A DNA stretch of 64,000 nt from an uncultured Acidobacteriaceae bacterium (GTDB taxonomy: Bacteria; Acidobacteriota; Terriglobia; Terriglobales; Acidobacteriaceae). Positions within the stretch are counted from its first letter, which is position 1. The number at the start of each line of letters is the position of its first letter. Positions 37,601-46,217 of the stretch are shown here, one piece after another. The stretch spans positions 134,175 to 198,174 of the forward strand of contig CAWITT010000014.1 of assembly GCA_963839025.1 (NCBI GenBank), read 5' to 3'. The notes beneath the pieces were generated by a model, which had not been told where the DNA came from, did not search any database, and saw only the letters and a program-made list of their open reading frames with translations. A program made the position numbers and the translations under genes.

Positions 37601-38216
37601 ACCACAGATTGTGGGCCGTGCGCATGCCGTTAAAGCTGATGTTCGCGTCGCCGCCCATCGGCGTGGGCACTTGAAAATCCGTCTGCAGGCTAGCCGCGCC
37701 TGGGGTAAGGTTCGCCAGCGAGTAGAGACTGCGGCCATTCGACTCCAACTGGGTGATCTGCTTGCCGGTGATCACATCGCTCACTTCACCCGACTCGGTT
37801 TGCAGCTTTACGTCGGGAATCGCCACGGTCACGGTTTCTTGCGCCTGCCCGACCTTGAGTGTGAAATCGATCCGCAGACGATCACCCACATTGAGCACCA
37901 GGCCATCCTTGTCCTCAACGCTGAACCCGCTGGACTGGGCTTTCAGGTTAAAGACACCGATGGGAAGGTCAGCCAACACATATTGGCCGGCATCATTGGT
38001 GGTGGCTGAGCGTGCTAAGCCGGTGGAGACAGCGATTGCGGTCACAGTTGCATTAGGAACTACCGCTCCGACCGGATCGGTAACGGTCCCGACAACTGTC
38101 GCCTGCTGCGCCGAAGCTGCAAAGGGGAAGGCGATCAACCCCAGGGTGAGAGTGATGAGGCGTGTTCTCAGCGTGTTTCCTGGGAAAAACGCACTTCTGG
38201 CCACCGAATTCTCCAT
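34656..38216 (-). CDS. Large TonB-dependent receptor with CarboxypepD_reg-like domain
   Basis: 1186 aa. Signal peptide, then ATVVGTVTDPVGAVVPNATVTAIAVSTGLARSATTNDAGQYVLADLPIGVF, plug and barrel sequence, and C-terminal FGAKIIW. Confidence 0.85.
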   Translation of the reverse strand: MENSVARSAFFPGNTLRTRLITLTLGLIAFPFAASAQQATVVGTVTDPVGAVVPNATVTAIAVSTGLARSATTNDAGQYVLADLPIGVFNLKAQSSGFSVEDKDGLVLNVGDRLRIDFTLKVGQAQETVTVAIPDVKLQTESGEVSDVITGKQITQLESNGRSLYSLANLTPGAASLQTDFQVPTPMGGDANISFNGMRTAHNLWLLDGGEIDDRGGGGTAVVMPSEDAIAEFRQLTSNYTAEYGLSSAATISSVIKSGTRNFHASGWWFGRNDAFDARNYFNPQYNANGTTNKVAKLRFNTWGFNAGGPIIFKHVDNPKTFFFYNMEWRSLIQGNNFNVGVPFASTYGGNLAQALSSGFVPAGGVHAPYACQVSATVVAQFAGAGQALSGCTNGAPDSTKAVAFNNNTIPATLLDPNAQNLLKAGIFPAPNSGARFVGPANAPTNVREELVRIDHTFSDKFSIFGHWISEQVSQTDLPTRWSSSNVPTVGDTFGNPSYSAVIGATYAISRNLLNETRFTYGGNRINMVPIGLSTLPSGFNSNRIFNGQTNIIPIIGLTQLTGATFSNNWNPWINKADSYGITDSIAWTKGSHQIKVGGSWLYFLKAQPLQVSTQGNFGFNGSFTGYDFADFLLGYAQTYSEAALKDTRHWNSKSYALFVQDDWRATPRLTLNLGLRWDGVPHTYEANGQMSNFYPNLYNPGATPTFAAGNGQIAPTSAGLGTSPNPILAGYQFYLNGIGIPGITPGVGKGLVANHWLAFGPRVGFAYDLTGGGKNIVRGGFGIMYERIQGNDMYQAGANVPFSSSATLNNVSLSNPKLNVQNGTLITAPPLPIVVPTITQLNSNRYQLPVSYQYSLGFQRALASRSVLSLAYVGNVQHFQSDAVNTNLPPYSQLASLSVNGGPYNTLLPYPGYHAILTDQDEANGSYNSLQIELHSNLRNGLQLQAAYTFSRAIDTSTGTGGDGFDLDSVSNPYVGWTYDRGPSVFDRTHVAFVNFIYDVPLFRNSQNRFMKSTLGGWQASGIVTAESGAPVNLGVSGSTVCSFVPNCAVRPNLTGNISYPKSRTTLSSGNNSKLWFNPSVFSVAPVSAGSSVATFGNLGHDALRGPGRDNWNLALFKNFALYEQSRIELRAESYNVWNHTQFSANTVGGGASNGIGNSLNGTDFGKFSSAYDPRVFQFGAKIIW

Positions 38217-38275
38217 AAGAATAGCTACCTCGCTGTATCGACCGTGAATTCGATTTTCCGGTTCGTGCAGAAAAT

Positions 38276-38289
38276 CGTTAACGTTAACG
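38276..38289. promoter_or_regulatory. Candidate LacI-family operator upstream of the TonB-dependent receptor
   Basis: Perfect 14-bp palindrome CGTTAACGTTAACG with a central CG, 60 nt upstream of the receptor start and just downstream of the lacI-family gene. It shares the core TAACGTTA with the site at 39542. Confidence 0.55.
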
Positions 38290-38365
38290 GTGCAAAAAGG
38301 GTTTTTACTTAGGGCACAGCACGATTGTCAAGAGGAAATTTGTTTTGCTGATAAATGCGGGCTTG

Positions 38366-39466
38366 TCAGGGAAGGGCAAGAGTCTTCAGAGCGGAGTCGT
38401 GCAATTTTGCATCAGCCAACCTGATTTCGCGGAAGAGACTGAGATTGGACGACATGACGACTCCCGGACTGAGCCGGACCGTAGGCGGCATGGGCGTCCC
38501 GCTGATGAGGTGATCGGATAGCTGGCGCACCGCGATCTGGCCTTGGCGATGCGGCTGTTGATAGATAGAGGCGGTAATGGTGCCCTTTTGAAAGTAAGGC
38601 GCCATTTCGGGGAAGAGATCCGTGGTGATCAGCTTGACCTTACCGGCCAGGCCATGCGCTCCGAGTGCGCGGCACACGGGAAGGCAGTTCACGGTGTTCA
38701 CATAGAGGCCGGCGAGCGTCGGCACGCGGCGAAGCAGCTCATAGGTTTTCTGAAAACTTTCGTCTTCGTCCTCATGGCCCTCGAGAACCTGCACGATTTT
38801 TCCTCCGGCGCAATGCTGGGGAAAGGCGGTAGAGAAACCATCGGTCTTGCGGAAATGATCTTCTGTTTCGAGCATGCCCGCGACCACGGCGACCTTGGCC
38901 CCCGGGGCGACAAACTTGCCCATCAACTCACCCGCCAGGCAGCCGTTCAACCTGGGCTCAACATAGACGACGCTCGAGCGCCGGCTTTCCGGAGCATCGG
39001 TAGAGACGCAGACCACGCGGACACCGCGCTCTTCCGCTTCGTCCACGAGAGGTTGCAGCCCCTTCGGATTGCCGGCGGTTAAGACAATACCCTTGACTCC
39101 GTTTTGGATGAGTTCCTGAAAGGCGTCGGTATCGTGCTCGCCCAGCACCCGAACAGGACGGCTGACGATGCGTACGCCCAGGTGGGCGGCCCGCTTGGCT
39201 TCGTCCAGTACCCCGCTCCACAGCTGGTCATAGAAGAAGTGGATTTCCCGGGGAATGCACACCCCGATGGAAACGTCTTCGCGGGTTCCCGATAACGCTC
39301 GTGCTGCCAGGTTCGGTGTGTAGCCGATTTGCCGGGCCACCTGCAGGATGCGGTGGCGGGTTTGATCGTTGATGCCGCCGCGCCCGTGGAGCGCCCGATC
39401 CACCGTGCCGATGGAGACGCCGGCCAACTCCGCGATCAAGCGAATTCCACCCCGTTCCTTCTTCAA
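38366..39466 (-). CDS. LacI-family transcriptional regulator
   Basis: HTH IRLIAELAGVSIGTVDRALHGRG at the N-terminus and a periplasmic-binding-protein-like sugar-binding core. 366 aa. Confidence 0.9.
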   Translation of the reverse strand: MKKERGGIRLIAELAGVSIGTVDRALHGRGGINDQTRHRILQVARQIGYTPNLAARALSGTREDVSIGVCIPREIHFFYDQLWSGVLDEAKRAAHLGVRIVSRPVRVLGEHDTDAFQELIQNGVKGIVLTAGNPKGLQPLVDEAEERGVRVVCVSTDAPESRRSSVVYVEPRLNGCLAGELMGKFVAPGAKVAVVAGMLETEDHFRKTDGFSTAFPQHCAGGKIVQVLEGHEDEDESFQKTYELLRRVPTLAGLYVNTVNCLPVCRALGAHGLAGKVKLITTDLFPEMAPYFQKGTITASIYQQPHRQGQIAVRQLSDHLISGTPMPPTVRLSPGVVMSSNLSLFREIRLADAKLHDSALKTLALP

Positions 39467-39541
39467 ACGCGGGTCCTCAACGGTGGCAACGATCTTCGCT
39501 ATTATTTCACAATATGGAAAAGCAAAGTCTTTTCCGTGTAC

Positions 39542-39553
39542 GGTAACGTTACC
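39542..39553. promoter_or_regulatory. Candidate LacI-family operator upstream of the regulator gene (autoregulation)
   Basis: Perfect 12-bp palindrome GGTAACGTTACC with a central CG, 76 nt upstream of the lacI-family start codon. Confidence 0.5.
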
Positions 39554-39717
39554 CCCGAAACGCGATGTTCAAAAACAGCCTGGTGGTAATGCCCCTGAAA
39601 TATCAGGGCACGACTTTAGTCGGGCCGCAAATGTCTGAAAACATGATGGGCTTTACAGGGTGCGGAAAGACTCTTACTGGAAGGGACAGGGTTAGAGTCT
39701 GCTGAAAAACTCCGTGG

Positions 39718-39856
39718 GAGTCCCGAAGGGACGGTTGAACTTAGCCCAGGACGCAGTCCTGGGTAAATTCGAAAACATGATCCAGTCCCGCAGGGACTGG
39801 CTGAAAGGCGCCCAGGACGCTGTCTTAGGCAATTTTCAGCCATCCCTGCGGGACTC
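39718..39856 (+). repeat. Family-2 hairpin-rich intergenic repeat, copy 1
   Basis: GAGTCCCGAAGGGACGG...CCCAGGACGCAGTCCTGGG...AGTCCCGCAGGGACT...CCCTGCGGGACTC. The first 73 nt are identical to 48135-48207, and the ends are inverted repeats. Confidence 0.85.
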
Positions 39857-39931
39857 ATTTCCGCATCCTGTTTAGCCCCCGAGGCCGTTCTTCCACGTGT
39901 GGAATTTTCAATGAACTTCAGGGACGGCACA

Positions 39932-40345
39932 CTAGATCAGTTCGTAGCCGGCAAAAAAGTAACCGATCTCAAAAGCTGCCGTATCCTCCGCATCCGAGCC
40001 ATGCATCGCGTTCTCTTCGATCGAGGAGGCGAACTGCTTGCGAATGGTCCCCTCGTCCGCGTTGGCCGGATTCGTCGCGCCCATCAGCTTACGCAGATCG
40101 GCAATGGCATTTTCTTTTTCCAGCACCATGGCAATGATGGACCCGGATGACATGAAAGTGGTCAGCGAGTCGAAAAAGGGTCGCGCCGCATGGACCGCGT
40201 AGAAGCCCTGGGCCTGCGACTTGGACAGGAACATTTTCTTGACGGCCACGATCTTGAAGCCTGCTTTATCCAACTCCGCAAGTATGGCGGCGGAGTAGCC
40301 CTTGCGATACGCGTCGGGCTTGATGATGCTGAACGTACGTTGCAT
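39932..40345 (-). CDS. ndk: Nucleoside-diphosphate kinase
   Basis: 137 aa: [12 protein letters not shown] ... [14 protein letters not shown] ... NAMHGSD (active-site His). Confidence 0.95.
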   Translation of the reverse strand: MQRTFSIIKPDAYRKGYSAAILAELDKAGFKIVAVKKMFLSKSQAQGFYAVHAARPFFDSLTTFMSSGSIIAMVLEKENAIADLRKLMGATNPANADEGTIRKQFASSIEENAMHGSDAEDTAAFEIGYFFAGYELI

Positions 40346-40354
40346 TGCTGGCTC

Positions 40355-41227
40355 CTATTTCCCGATAACCTTGGCCAATGTTTCGCCGATCGCCGCGGGC
40401 GACTGCACCACGTGGATGCCGGCCTCGGTGAGGGCTTTCATCTTGTCCGCCGCCGTGCCCTGGCCGCCGGAAATGATCGCTCCGGCGTGCCCCATGCGCC
40501 GCCCGGGAGGGGCGGTCTGCCCGGCGATGAATCCGACGACAGGTTTCTTGACGTGTACTTTCACATAGGCTGCGGCAGTCTCTTCGGCCGTGCCTCCGAT
40601 TTCGCCGATCAGAATGATGGATTCGGTTCCAGGATCCTCGTTCAGCAACTTGAGCGCGTCGACGTGGGTGGTGCCGATGATGGGATCGCCACCGATGCCG
40701 ATTGCCGTGGACTGCCCGATGCCGCGCTGCGTGAGCTGATAAACGGCCTCGTACGTGAGAGTTCCGGAGCGGGAAACGATACCCACCGTGCCCTGTTTAT
40801 GGATGCGGCCCGGCATGATGCCGATCTTGGCCTTGCCAGGCGAGATAACTCCTGGGCAATTAGGCCCGATCAACCTTGACTTGGACTGGCTGAGCACGCT
40901 CCACACCTTGACCATGTCGTTGGTGGGGATGCCCTCGGTGATGCAGATGATCAGCGGAAGGCCCGCATCTTCGGCTTCCAGGATGGCATCGGCGGCAAAC
41001 GGCGGTGGCACAAAAATGACCGTTGCGTTGGCGCCGGTTTTCTCGACCGCGTGGGCCACGGTGTCGAACACCGGCCAACCTTCGTGGGTCGTACCCCCCT
41101 TGCCCGGCGTCACTCCGCCGACCACCTTGGTCCCATACTCAGCACAGCCCTTGGCGTGGAAGGTGCCTTCCTTGCCGGTAATGCCTTGCACGATGAGCCG
41201 TGTATTTTCGTCCACTAACACCGACAT
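40355..41227 (-). CDS. sucD: Succinyl-CoA synthetase alpha subunit
   Basis: [25 protein letters not shown] and phosphohistidine block [11 protein letters not shown]. 290 aa. Confidence 0.95.
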   Translation of the reverse strand: MSVLVDENTRLIVQGITGKEGTFHAKGCAEYGTKVVGGVTPGKGGTTHEGWPVFDTVAHAVEKTGANATVIFVPPPFAADAILEAEDAGLPLIICITEGIPTNDMVKVWSVLSQSKSRLIGPNCPGVISPGKAKIGIMPGRIHKQGTVGIVSRSGTLTYEAVYQLTQRGIGQSTAIGIGGDPIIGTTHVDALKLLNEDPGTESIILIGEIGGTAEETAAAYVKVHVKKPVVGFIAGQTAPPGRRMGHAGAIISGGQGTAADKMKALTEAGIHVVQSPAAIGETLAKVIGK

Positions 41228-41240
41228 TGATTGCTCCGAT

Positions 41241-42428
<1,188 letters not shown>

Positions 42429-42489
42429 TCGTTTGGTCTTCGGACAGAACTTCCATACTAAAGGGGATTGGCGCGGAGGGCAAAAAACC

Positions 42490-42736
42490 GGCGCCAAAGT
42501 GTCCGTGCGAGAACCCGAATCGAAGGACCAAACCAACCTCGATGGGTGCCCCATGTTCGCACCAGCGTACGTGGGCCGAATATGAATTCTTCGAATGCTT
42601 TTACTCAAGGAATAGACGTATTGGAAGGGCTTCACCCGTCTTTTTCGGCCCACGTACGCTGGTGCGAACATGGGGCACCCGTCGAGGTTTGTTTGGCCTT
42701 CAGATGCGGTTCTCGCGCGGACTCTTTCGCCTCGCC
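42490..42736 (+). repeat. Family-1 long-stem palindromic intergenic element, copy C (longest)
   Basis: Core palindrome 42505-42717 (GTGCGAGAACCCGAATCGAAGGACCAAACCAACCTCGATGGGTGCCCC... / ...GGGGCACCCGTCGAGGTTTGTTTGGCCTTCAGATGCGGTTCTCGCGC). Complementarity continues imperfectly out to GGCGCCAAAGTGTCC / GGACTCTTTCGCCTCGCC. Confidence 0.85.
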
Positions 42737-42756
42737 AGACGATTTAGGATGAAAGA

Positions 42757-43773
42757 ATGTCCCAGCTGACAGCGCTGCTCAAGCATGTGGCCGAAGATCA
42801 TGGCACCCTTACGCAGCAACAGGGATGCTCCGCACTGCGGGAGATGCTGGAAGGCAACGCCACCGATATCGAAATTGCGGCGCTTCTGACTGCGATTGCG
42901 ACCCGCGGACCCACAGTCGAAGAGCTATCGGGATTTGTCCAAGCCATGCGAGCCATGAGCCGGCCGGTGCCCATGACCGACGCCGAGCGGGAACAGTTGG
43001 TGGACACCTGCGGCACCGGCGGCGACAGCCGGGGAACCTTCAACATCTCGACCGCAGCGGCCCTGGTGGCGGCAGCCGCGGGGGTCAAAGTAGCCAAGCA
43101 TGGCAACCGCGGCGTCACCTCCAAGTGCGGCTCCGCCGATGTGCTGGAGGCGCTCGGCGTTCCAGTGGAACTGGAGCCGGAGAAGGCGGTTGAATCCCTG
43201 CGCCAGACAGGCTTCATGTTTCTCTACGCTCCGGCCATGCACCCGGCCATGAAGCGGGTGCAGCCGGTGCGCCGGGCGCTCGGTTTTCGCACAATTTTCA
43301 ATCACGCCGGCCCACTGGCCAATCCTGCGGGAGCAAGGGCCCAAGTCGTGGGAGTGTTTGCCCGGCCGGATCTCGTGGCGCAGAGCTTGGCACGGCTAGG
43401 GGTCAGGCATGCATTCGTAGTCCACGGACGAGATGGCCTGGACGAACTGACTCTGAACGGAATGAGCGACGTGGCCGAGGTGCGGGAACACACCGTGCAT
43501 AACTTCACCGTGGAAGCCGGAGATGTTGGTCTGGCGGCAGCTCCCTTGAGCGCACTCGCCGGCGGGGACGCGCGGGACAACGCAGCGCTGATCGTGAAGA
43601 TTCTCGAGCGGGAGCCAGGACCCAGGCGCGATGTGGTTTTGCTGAATGCGGCCGCGGCCATTGTGATCGCCGGCCTCGCGTACGACCTCGCCGGCGGTGT
43701 GCGCCGTGCCGCCGATGCGATAGACTCAGGCGCCGGCCTGCATGTTTTGGAGCAGCTGCGTCAATTCCGATAG
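42757..43773 (+). CDS. trpD: Anthranilate phosphoribosyltransferase
   Basis: 338 aa: TCGTGGDSRGTFNISTAAALV, KHGNRGVTSKCGSADVLEALG and FMFLYAPAMHPAMK. Confidence 0.95.
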   Translation: MSQLTALLKHVAEDHGTLTQQQGCSALREMLEGNATDIEIAALLTAIATRGPTVEELSGFVQAMRAMSRPVPMTDAEREQLVDTCGTGGDSRGTFNISTAAALVAAAAGVKVAKHGNRGVTSKCGSADVLEALGVPVELEPEKAVESLRQTGFMFLYAPAMHPAMKRVQPVRRALGFRTIFNHAGPLANPAGARAQVVGVFARPDLVAQSLARLGVRHAFVVHGRDGLDELTLNGMSDVAEVREHTVHNFTVEAGDVGLAAAPLSALAGGDARDNAALIVKILEREPGPRRDVVLLNAAAAIVIAGLAYDLAGGVRRAADAIDSGAGLHVLEQLRQFR

Positions 43774-43792
43774 CCGTAAGGGAGCCTCCATT

Positions 43793-44528
43793 ATGCCAAC
43801 CCGAATGCAACTCACCGCTACTCTGTTTCTCACTGCCGTCACCCTATCCAGCCAAGCCCAGCAGATCGTGGTCAGCAAAGACAACCGGACAATCGCAGTC
43901 ACCACCAGCGCCGAGGCCAATGCCCCAGCGGACACGGCAACCGTCCAGATCGGCTTCATCGCCTACGGTGTCGACCAGGATTCGGCTTACGCCCTGGGTT
44001 CTAAAACCTCGAACGCCATCGCGGCTGCGTTGAAGGAAGCCGGGATTCCAGCGGGCTGCCATCGAGAGCGAATCGCAGAACATCGGCCCGGTCCAGCAAT
44101 ATGGCAACCAGGAGTGGACTCCAGAAGAAAGAGTCGCGCGCAAATTCCAGGTGACGCAAAGCTGGAGCGTGAAAACCGCGGCCGGGAACGGGGCCAAGGT
44201 CCTCGATATTGCGATCAAAGCAGGGGCAAACCAAAGCGGCCAGATGTCATGGAGCGTCGCGGACATGGACGGCCTGCAGGCCAAAGCCGCGAAGCTGGCC
44301 CTCGACCGCGCCCGGCAGATTGCACAGCAGATGGCTGGAGGCTTGAACGCTACCTTAGGAGCCCTGGTCTATGCCAGCAATGAGGCGCCGCCAAGGGGTC
44401 CGCAGCCGCTGATGGAGATGCGCGCCATGGCCGCGACACCGATGGCGCACAAGGTCGAGCCGCTCAGCGTCAGCGCCCCCAAGGTTACGGCCTCCGCAAC
44501 GGTCTATGCTGTGTTCAGTATTCAATAG
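43793..44528 (+). pseudogene. SIMPL-domain (DUF541) periplasmic protein gene with a +1 frameshift
   Basis: Frame 1 (from ATG 43793, RBS AAGGGAG) gives a signal peptide and ...AAALKEAGIPAG. Frame 0 continues AAIESESQNIGPVQQYGNQEW...VTQSWSVKT...KVTASATVYAVFSIQ to 44528. The switch lies within 44048-44057 at GCGGGC. Confidence 0.7.
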
Positions 44529-44543
44529 AAGGATTGCCCACTT

Positions 44544-45338
44544 ATGGCGAGATATCAATACCGCGATTTGAAACCGACCCCTGAAGCCGAAGAACTCTTC
44601 CGGCGATGGGTGTGCCACTTGGACGAAGAATTCACCCGCCATAAGGAATCGCGGCTGCGCGGAGAAATTGTCCGCGATGCCCTCTACCAGATCTACCTGG
44701 GCCGGCCACACGGCGGCAAACTGAACACGTCGCTCATCTCGGAATTGCCCGGCAACGTTTTGCAGCTCAGCCTCGACCCCGCCAACGTAACCCTCGAACC
44801 CGAGTACTACGGCGACATCGATGTCGAGAAATATTGCGAGCGTAAGCCGCTGATCTACTTCTGGCAGATGTTCGACAAATCCGCCCTGGGCCTGAACCAC
44901 TGGCTCGGCTTTCGTTTCCGCAAGATGCTGGCCAAACACATCTTCAAACACGTGGGCAAGAACGTGAAGATCTTCCACGGAGTCGAGTTCAGTTTCGGTT
45001 ACAACCTCACCGTTGAAGACGACTGCACCATCCACAAATTCGTGATGCTCGACGACCGCGGAGAACTCATCATCCGCAAAGGCACCTCCATTTCCGACTA
45101 CGCATCGATCTACTCTCACTGGCACAAGGCCACGGATCCTTACGACATTGAGAACCGCACCACGGAAATCGGCCCGGGCACGCGCCTGACCTATCACTCG
45201 TCTGTCATGGCAGGAGTGAAGATCGGCGAAGACGCGATGTTGGGCGCCATGGGCGTGGCCACCCATAACGTGCCGCCGCACTCCATCTGGGGAGGCGTGC
45301 CGGCACGCGAGATCAAAGCAAGCAAATCAGGCGACTAG
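44544..45338 (+). CDS. Left-handed beta-helix (hexapeptide-repeat) acyl/acetyltransferase
   Basis: Hexapeptide-type repeats IFHGVEFSFGYNLTVEDDCTI, IRKGTSISDYASI and VMAGVKIGEDAMLGAMGVATHNVPPHSIWGGVPAREI. Confidence 0.75.
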   Translation: MARYQYRDLKPTPEAEELFRRWVCHLDEEFTRHKESRLRGEIVRDALYQIYLGRPHGGKLNTSLISELPGNVLQLSLDPANVTLEPEYYGDIDVEKYCERKPLIYFWQMFDKSALGLNHWLGFRFRKMLAKHIFKHVGKNVKIFHGVEFSFGYNLTVEDDCTIHKFVMLDDRGELIIRKGTSISDYASIYSHWHKATDPYDIENRTTEIGPGTRLTYHSSVMAGVKIGEDAMLGAMGVATHNVPPHSIWGGVPAREIKASKSGD

Positions 45339-45451
45339 AGCATTTTCACTTCTGGTGCATACAGGGCAACCCGCTCCAAACGCGGCTTTTCCTCAAGAAA
45401 AGCCGCACGTAACCGCCCTTACCTGTGCAGAGTAGGAGTGAAAATGCTCTA
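45336..45451. other. 116-bp nested hairpin element (perfect 15-bp terminal inverted repeats plus inner 10-bp stem)
   Basis: TAGAGCATTTTCACT (45336-45350) pairs with AGTGAAAATGCTCTA (45437-45451). Inner stem GCGGCTTTTC-CTCAA-GAAAAGCCGC lies at 45382-45406. The left end overlaps the stop codon of the upstream gene. Confidence 0.7.
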
Positions 45452-45507
45452 ACTGAGTCACGGCAAAGATACTTAGCGGTCGGCGGCGTGCTACCATCAG
45501 GGTTCGA

Positions 45508-46212
45508 ATGGGAACACCTGATATCGTCCTGGGGATCTTTGAATTTGTGGTTTTGCTGTTCGCGCTCAGCCTTCACGAGTCAGCGCACGGATGGATGGCT
45601 TCGCGGCTGGGCGACCAGACGGCGCGCATGCTGGGCCGCATTACCCTGAACCCCCTCAAGCATATTGACCCGGTAGGCACCATCATGCTGCCCCTGGTGG
45701 CCCTGGTCACCCACATTCCGGTGATCGGCTGGGCCAAGCCGACCCCGGTGAACTCCCGCAACTTCAAAAACTACGTGCGCGACGACATTCTCACCACGCT
45801 GGCCGGTCCAGTTAGCAATGTAATTGCCTCCGTGGTATCGCTGCTGGTGTTGATCGTTCTCTCCAAGCTCTCACCGGTCGGCCAGGCTTCGGTGCGATCG
45901 GTGGCCATGCGCGGCATGGCCGGGCCCGATCCTCTGCTCATGGCGGTGAGCCCGGTGGCTTATCCCCTGGCGCTGATTTTCTACTTCGGCATGCTGCTGA
46001 ATTTGTTCCTGGCGGCCTTCAACTTGCTGCCTCTGCCGCCACTCGATGGAAGCCACATTTTCCGCCATCTGCTGCCCTATCGCTGGCTGCCCGTGTACGA
46101 CCGCCTGGGGATTCTAAGCCTCTTCCTGATGCTGTTTTTTGGCGGCGGAGTCACCATGGCCATGATCAATCCGGTGCTCCGGTTTTTCCGGATTTTACTG
46201 CTAAACATCTGA
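45508..46212 (+). CDS. M50-family (site-2 protease-like) membrane metalloprotease
   Basis: HExxH in a TM segment (LSLHESAHGWMASRLGD). Polytopic, with a second conserved block NLLPLPPLDGSH. Confidence 0.8.
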   Translation: MGTPDIVLGIFEFVVLLFALSLHESAHGWMASRLGDQTARMLGRITLNPLKHIDPVGTIMLPLVALVTHIPVIGWAKPTPVNSRNFKNYVRDDILTTLAGPVSNVIASVVSLLVLIVLSKLSPVGQASVRSVAMRGMAGPDPLLMAVSPVAYPLALIFYFGMLLNLFLAAFNLLPLPPLDGSHIFRHLLPYRWLPVYDRLGILSLFLMLFFGGGVTMAMINPVLRFFRILLLNI

Positions 46213-46217
46213 CAGGT

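Noticed and set aside
42429-42671. 81-aa N-terminal extension of sucC ([12 protein letters not shown]...)
   Set aside because: The extension is a read-through of the palindromic repeat copy C. The canonical [10 protein letters not shown] start is at 42428. Similar MFAPAYVG or [10 protein letters not shown] peptides appear at every repeat copy on both strands because the arms are palindromic.
44355-45281. 308-aa minus-strand ORF opposite the hexapeptide acyltransferase gene
   Set aside because: Antisense shadow. The + frame shows regular left-handed beta-helix repeats.
45501-45509. GGTTCGAAT, a tRNA T-loop-like string
   Set aside because: The flanking bases (CAGGG / GGGAA) cannot form a T-stem, and no acceptor or anticodon arms are present. 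It lies at the start of the M50 protease gene.
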